The translations under genes were made by a program, and so were the position numbers. Shown piece by piece: positions 60,407 through 64,000 of a stretch of DNA of 64,000 nt; position 1 is the stretch's first letter; each line of letters opens with the position of its first letter. Below the pieces are notes generated by a model. It saw only the letters and a list, made by a program, of their open reading frames with translations, made no database searches and had not been told where the DNA came from. Origin of the DNA: an uncultured Phycisphaerales bacterium (lineage in GTDB: Bacteria; Planctomycetota; Phycisphaerae; Sedimentisphaerales; Anaerobacaceae). The stretch lies in assembly GCA_963718665.1 (NCBI GenBank), contig OY970359.1, forward strand, positions 2,368,001 through 2,432,000. Direction: 5' to 3'.

Positions 60407-61543
60407 TCATCTGGGTTTGCTATACCATTCTTTTACGATTTTCTCCGCCGGCTTTCCGTATATGCAGAAGGTCGTATCGCTTTTCGCTTTTTCGAGCGAA
60501 TAAAGGTCGGTGTGCCAGTCCCACCATGCGTAACCGATGAACCATGGCTCGTCCCAGAAGGTTTCCAGCATCACCTGGTAAAATCTCGCCTGTTCATCGC
60601 CGTCGTAAACCATCGTATTGGGGTCGTTGTGAGTCCAGGGGATGGCGCTGCACCCCTTGGCACTGCACATCCCAAGCTCGATGAAAAATACCGGGCGATT
60701 AAATTTCTGGCTTACCTTGCGCAGATTTTCTTTTACCGGCATCACTCTTCGCCTAAGCGCCTCTAATGTGGTATCTGACGGCAGAACATTGTTAAGGTCT
60801 TTCATTGCCGTCTGCACATCATCTGTCCCTATCGGGTAGTATCCGCTTACGCCTATGACGTCCGTCGCGTCCCACCATCTTATTTTGATTTCATCGCCGT
60901 GATTGGTGTTGTAAGTAACTGCGCCGGGATAAATCTTTCGTATCTCGGCAATCAAATCCCGCCAGCGGTTGACGAACGGCTCAGTTGTCGTCATCTCGCA
61001 TCCTAAGCACAGCATTTCGCAGTTTGTTTCTTTGGCAAGCTGGGCGTAATGCAGAAGAAACCGGTCGAACTCGGCCCACCATTGCGCCCACAGCTCCGAG
61101 TCGATGGTTTTGCCGTCCGATTTTCTAAATTGAATATATCCTCGCCATGTGCCGTCCCGCACGTTGACTGTGGGCTTGAGGATGACTTTGAGATTATTCT
61201 TGCGTGCAAGCTCAATAGCCCCGCGAATTTCATTGTCCGTAGCCATACACGGGTCGTTTTCGCCCCAGAAGATATTCGGCTCATTTGGCTTGTTCATTTC
61301 CGCGCCAAAAGCGATACAGACCCAGTTGGCGCCCGTATCGGCCAGCTTCTTCATCGACTCAGCCGGCGCATCGCCGAGATATTGTCCCCGCGTCCCCGTC
61401 CAGCCCCAGCTATGACCCTTTATAAAACCCGTCGGCGAATATGTGCTGGTAAACTTGGAGGGCTGATTTGCATCTGCTGCGAACGCAGATGATGCAATAC
61501 ATAAAACAGAGGTCACAAGACAAAGCGATATTCTTTTAATCAC
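60407..61543 (-). CDS. GH113-family glycoside hydrolase (probable beta-mannanase), secreted
   Basis: Signal peptide; KVILKPTV, WRG.I, LGCEM, YNTN, FIELG, WWDW. Confidence 0.82.
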   Translation of the reverse strand: MIKRISLCLVTSVLCIASSAFAADANQPSKFTSTYSPTGFIKGHSWGWTGTRGQYLGDAPAESMKKLADTGANWVCIAFGAEMNKPNEPNIFWGENDPCMATDNEIRGAIELARKNNLKVILKPTVNVRDGTWRGYIQFRKSDGKTIDSELWAQWWAEFDRFLLHYAQLAKETNCEMLCLGCEMTTTEPFVNRWRDLIAEIRKIYPGAVTYNTNHGDEIKIRWWDATDVIGVSGYYPIGTDDVQTAMKDLNNVLPSDTTLEALRRRVMPVKENLRKVSQKFNRPVFFIELGMCSAKGCSAIPWTHNDPNTMVYDGDEQARFYQVMLETFWDEPWFIGYAWWDWHTDLYSLEKAKSDTTFCIYGKPAEKIVKEWYSKPR

Positions 61544-61557
61544 AGTTACATCTCCAA

Positions 61558-63426
61558 TCAGTTATGTTTTCCGTATTTTATTTCCACGCGGGATATTTGT
61601 GCTTCGCACCCATATTCTATTTTCAGATATTGTGCGTCATCGCCGGCTCCTGTGCCTGTATAAAGAACAGGAGAGTAATAGCTGTAATCGCCCTTGCCGG
61701 TGAAGTAATCGTGACGTGAGAACTTGACGGGCGTGAACTTTTGGTCGTCGGCGGACACATAAAAATTAAAATCCGTAATACTTGCAGGGAAGAATGAATA
61801 AACCTCCCAGGAAACAATCGGCGGTTCTACTTTGTAAATTATGGAACTTCCTTTTATGCCTTTCAGCCGGTGTATGTCCTCTTTGAATTTGCGTGCTTCT
61901 TTTGTCTCTAACGACAGTGCCCCTTTGCGATTATTGATTGACTTAAAATCCTGCAGTTCATCGACAAGTGTTTTGCAGGTTACAGACACAGGCCCAACGA
62001 CGTTTGATGGCCCGGATTCGCCCGCGGAGTTCCCTGCTGTAACACGGTAATAATAGCTTTTGCCGATTTCGACTCCGGTGTCATTGAAAAGGGGGCGATA
62101 TTGAAAATCAGCATCGGATATATTTTGTCCTGCGCTCAGCCACGGGCCATCTTTAGATTCTGCTCTTTCGATTGTGTAACCGGAAGCGCCTGCACTGCCT
62201 TGCCAGGAAATTGCCGCCGCGTTTTTAATATCGAGAAGTGTCGGCTCTGAGGGCTTTTCAATGGCCGGGACAGCAGCGGGGGTGATTTCAAAGGCCTTAC
62301 GACGCATCAGGGATAAAACATTGGCCTCGTCAAAAGTGTCGCCGGAAGCAAAGCCCGGCCAATGGTATGCCTTGTACTTGTCGCCTCCGTGCGGCTCGCT
62401 GTGTGAATAGAAGCCGCCGTCGCGGTCATGAAAACGCAGCGACCAGATTAAAACGCCGCTTACCTTTTCATCTCTTACGGCATCCAGCAGGGATTCGACG
62501 TCTTTGGTGGGGATAAAACCGAACTCGCCGACAATATAGGCCTTTTTACCGCGGGCAAGGGCGGCGGTCCCTTTAATCTGTTCAATCATCTCAGCAGGGC
62601 TTATCGGTATCTTGAACATAACAGGATAGTGATGAGTCGTAACGATATCGATGTTTTTATCTTCAAGCGACAGGTCGCGGACGGGGGTTAGATGATAGCC
62701 GTCCATAACAAGATGATTCGGGTCGATACTTTTAATGTATGCGGCGGCCTTGACCGTCCACTCCGGCGGGCATATAAGCTCATTACCGGTCTCCCACGCG
62801 AGGATGGCCTTGTCGTCCCGGTATTTTACGCCTGTAATCGAATTGGTGCGGTTTACGACCGAATTAACAATCGCTTTATAATCCTCAAAAAGCTCAGGGT
62901 CGGTCCAGAAATCATCCCTTGTTTTGCCCCTGAATGCTGCGCAGGCCTCGATTCCACCCCACCATCTGGCGTTATCGATGAATGGGAAAATAATCCGAAT
63001 GCCCTTTTTATTCGCGATAGCCAGGGTCATATCGAGGGATTTATACGCCTTTTCATTGAATTTCCCCGGCCCGACTACATGCCTGGGGATATTAGGGTCT
63101 TCGCTGGCTCTGCGGAGGGAAAGCGTGTAAATACGCGCGACCCGGCCCCCCATTTGCCTGACGGATTCGAGCGCATCGTTGATTTCGAATTCATCGGGCA
63201 GCCGCCAGGGGTTCATCTCGGTGAAAGGCATGTTATCTTCGTTATAGTGCAAACAGGGGACGTTAAAACTGATAAAGCGAAACTCGCCGTTTTCGTCCAT
63301 TAGCTTGTCGCCGCGGGTATAAACAAAGGATTTAAACATTGAGTCGGATTGTCTGGCGGAAGTTTCGGCCTTTGTGACAGATATGAGTAAGGCCATAGTT
63401 GCGAGCAGAACGATTAACTTTTTCAT
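61558..63426 (-). CDS. GH5-family glycoside hydrolase (mannanase-like) with FN3 domain, secreted
   Basis: AWETGNE, IDPNHLV, HHY, VGEFG, WSLR; SYYYRVTA.N..G.S.PS. Confidence 0.85.
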   Translation of the reverse strand: MKKLIVLLATMALLISVTKAETSARQSDSMFKSFVYTRGDKLMDENGEFRFISFNVPCLHYNEDNMPFTEMNPWRLPDEFEINDALESVRQMGGRVARIYTLSLRRASEDPNIPRHVVGPGKFNEKAYKSLDMTLAIANKKGIRIIFPFIDNARWWGGIEACAAFRGKTRDDFWTDPELFEDYKAIVNSVVNRTNSITGVKYRDDKAILAWETGNELICPPEWTVKAAAYIKSIDPNHLVMDGYHLTPVRDLSLEDKNIDIVTTHHYPVMFKIPISPAEMIEQIKGTAALARGKKAYIVGEFGFIPTKDVESLLDAVRDEKVSGVLIWSLRFHDRDGGFYSHSEPHGGDKYKAYHWPGFASGDTFDEANVLSLMRRKAFEITPAAVPAIEKPSEPTLLDIKNAAAISWQGSAGASGYTIERAESKDGPWLSAGQNISDADFQYRPLFNDTGVEIGKSYYYRVTAGNSAGESGPSNVVGPVSVTCKTLVDELQDFKSINNRKGALSLETKEARKFKEDIHRLKGIKGSSIIYKVEPPIVSWEVYSFFPASITDFNFYVSADDQKFTPVKFSRHDYFTGKGDYSYYSPVLYTGTGAGDDAQYLKIEYGCEAQISRVEIKYGKHN

Positions 63427-63554
63427 TTGCAGCTTCCTTGCGTTATCGAAGTTATGTTAAGACCGGACAAAAGCTACACCATTTTAGCGTTGGCTTCGGT
63501 TCTATCAAGTATCTTCAAGTGAAAGAATGCGGTTTTATATGTCCCTAAAATAAA

Positions 63555-63590
63555 CGGGGCCTGCCCCGCCACTCGGCGTTGCAAGCCCCG
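63555..63590 (-). terminator. Probable intrinsic terminator after the LamG gene
   Basis: CGGGGC..CGCC-actc-GGCG..GCCCCG hairpin followed by TTTATTTT on the minus strand. Confidence 0.5.
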
Positions 63591-63624
63591 AAGAAAACAC
63601 TAACTAATTAACAAGTTGCGTTTG

Positions 63625-64000
63625 TTACGGCCACAGTTGGATCTGGTGCCACTCATTTCCCATTACAGCCAAATCCTGGAAGTCGACAATTTCCGTTGCC
63701 GGGTTGCCGGAACTCTTGAGATTGGCTTTGGTAGTCAATGGCAGTAGCAACTGGCCGGTGCCGTCGGTTGCAAGATATGCTATTTCTGCATCTGACAGAG
63801 CATAGTCGTAAATCTGGAAGTCAGCGAGCTTACCTGACCACATGGCCCAGTTGGTGCCGCGTGTGCCGATATGGATTGAACCAACCGGCGTCGAGAACAT
63901 AGGGAGTCCGACAGCAGCATTCGGATCACCAGGCAAACCGTTAGTGTCCACTTCCGCGACGTTGTAACCATCTTGGTAAATTGCCATTCTGAAGTTGCCG
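63625..64000 (-). CDS. C-terminal part of a LamG-like domain protein with dockerin-like end (truncated by window edge)
   Basis: IYQDG, IHIG, WSGKLADFQIYDYALSDAEI, VDFQDLAVMGNEW. Confidence 0.75.
   Translation of the reverse strand, partial: GNFRMAIYQDGYNVAEVDTNGLPGDPNAAVGLPMFSTPVGSIHIGTRGTNWAMWSGKLADFQIYDYALSDAEIAYLATDGTGQLLLPLTTKANLKSSGNPATEIVDFQDLAVMGNEWHQIQLWP

Overview
Bacterial chromosomal window, probably from a Planctomycetota (Phycisphaerae/Sedimentisphaerales-like) organism; this is inferred from protein styles only. 1-17.7 kb is core genome: STAS proteins, PQQ beta-propeller, purH, metK, DUF547 lipoprotein, rtcB, a peptide-type ABC transporter with two binding proteins, an ACT protein and tRNA-Asp(GTC). 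From tRNA-Asp to a 48-bp duplication of its 3' part (60296-60343) lies a ~42.5-kb nested, apparently integrase-less genomic island with a second att-like copy at 56300. It carries an exosortase/PEP-CTERM plus Wzx/Wzc/Wza polysaccharide locus, two large secreted proteins sharing an unnamed C-terminal domain, and several deletion remnants. After the island are GH113- and GH5-type mannanase genes. Best candidates for new biology: (1) a leader ORF (51606-52415) combining a signal peptide, an internal sorting-signal-like segment and a C-terminal RGPP ribosome-arrest-type motif directly upstream of two sorted surface-protein genes; (2) an exosortase and a priming glycosyltransferase that each carry a degenerate nucleotidyltransferase/LbH module; (3) two distinct sorting tails (PEP vs PAPG) on the same passenger domain. 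All calls come from reading motifs by eye; no database searches were run.
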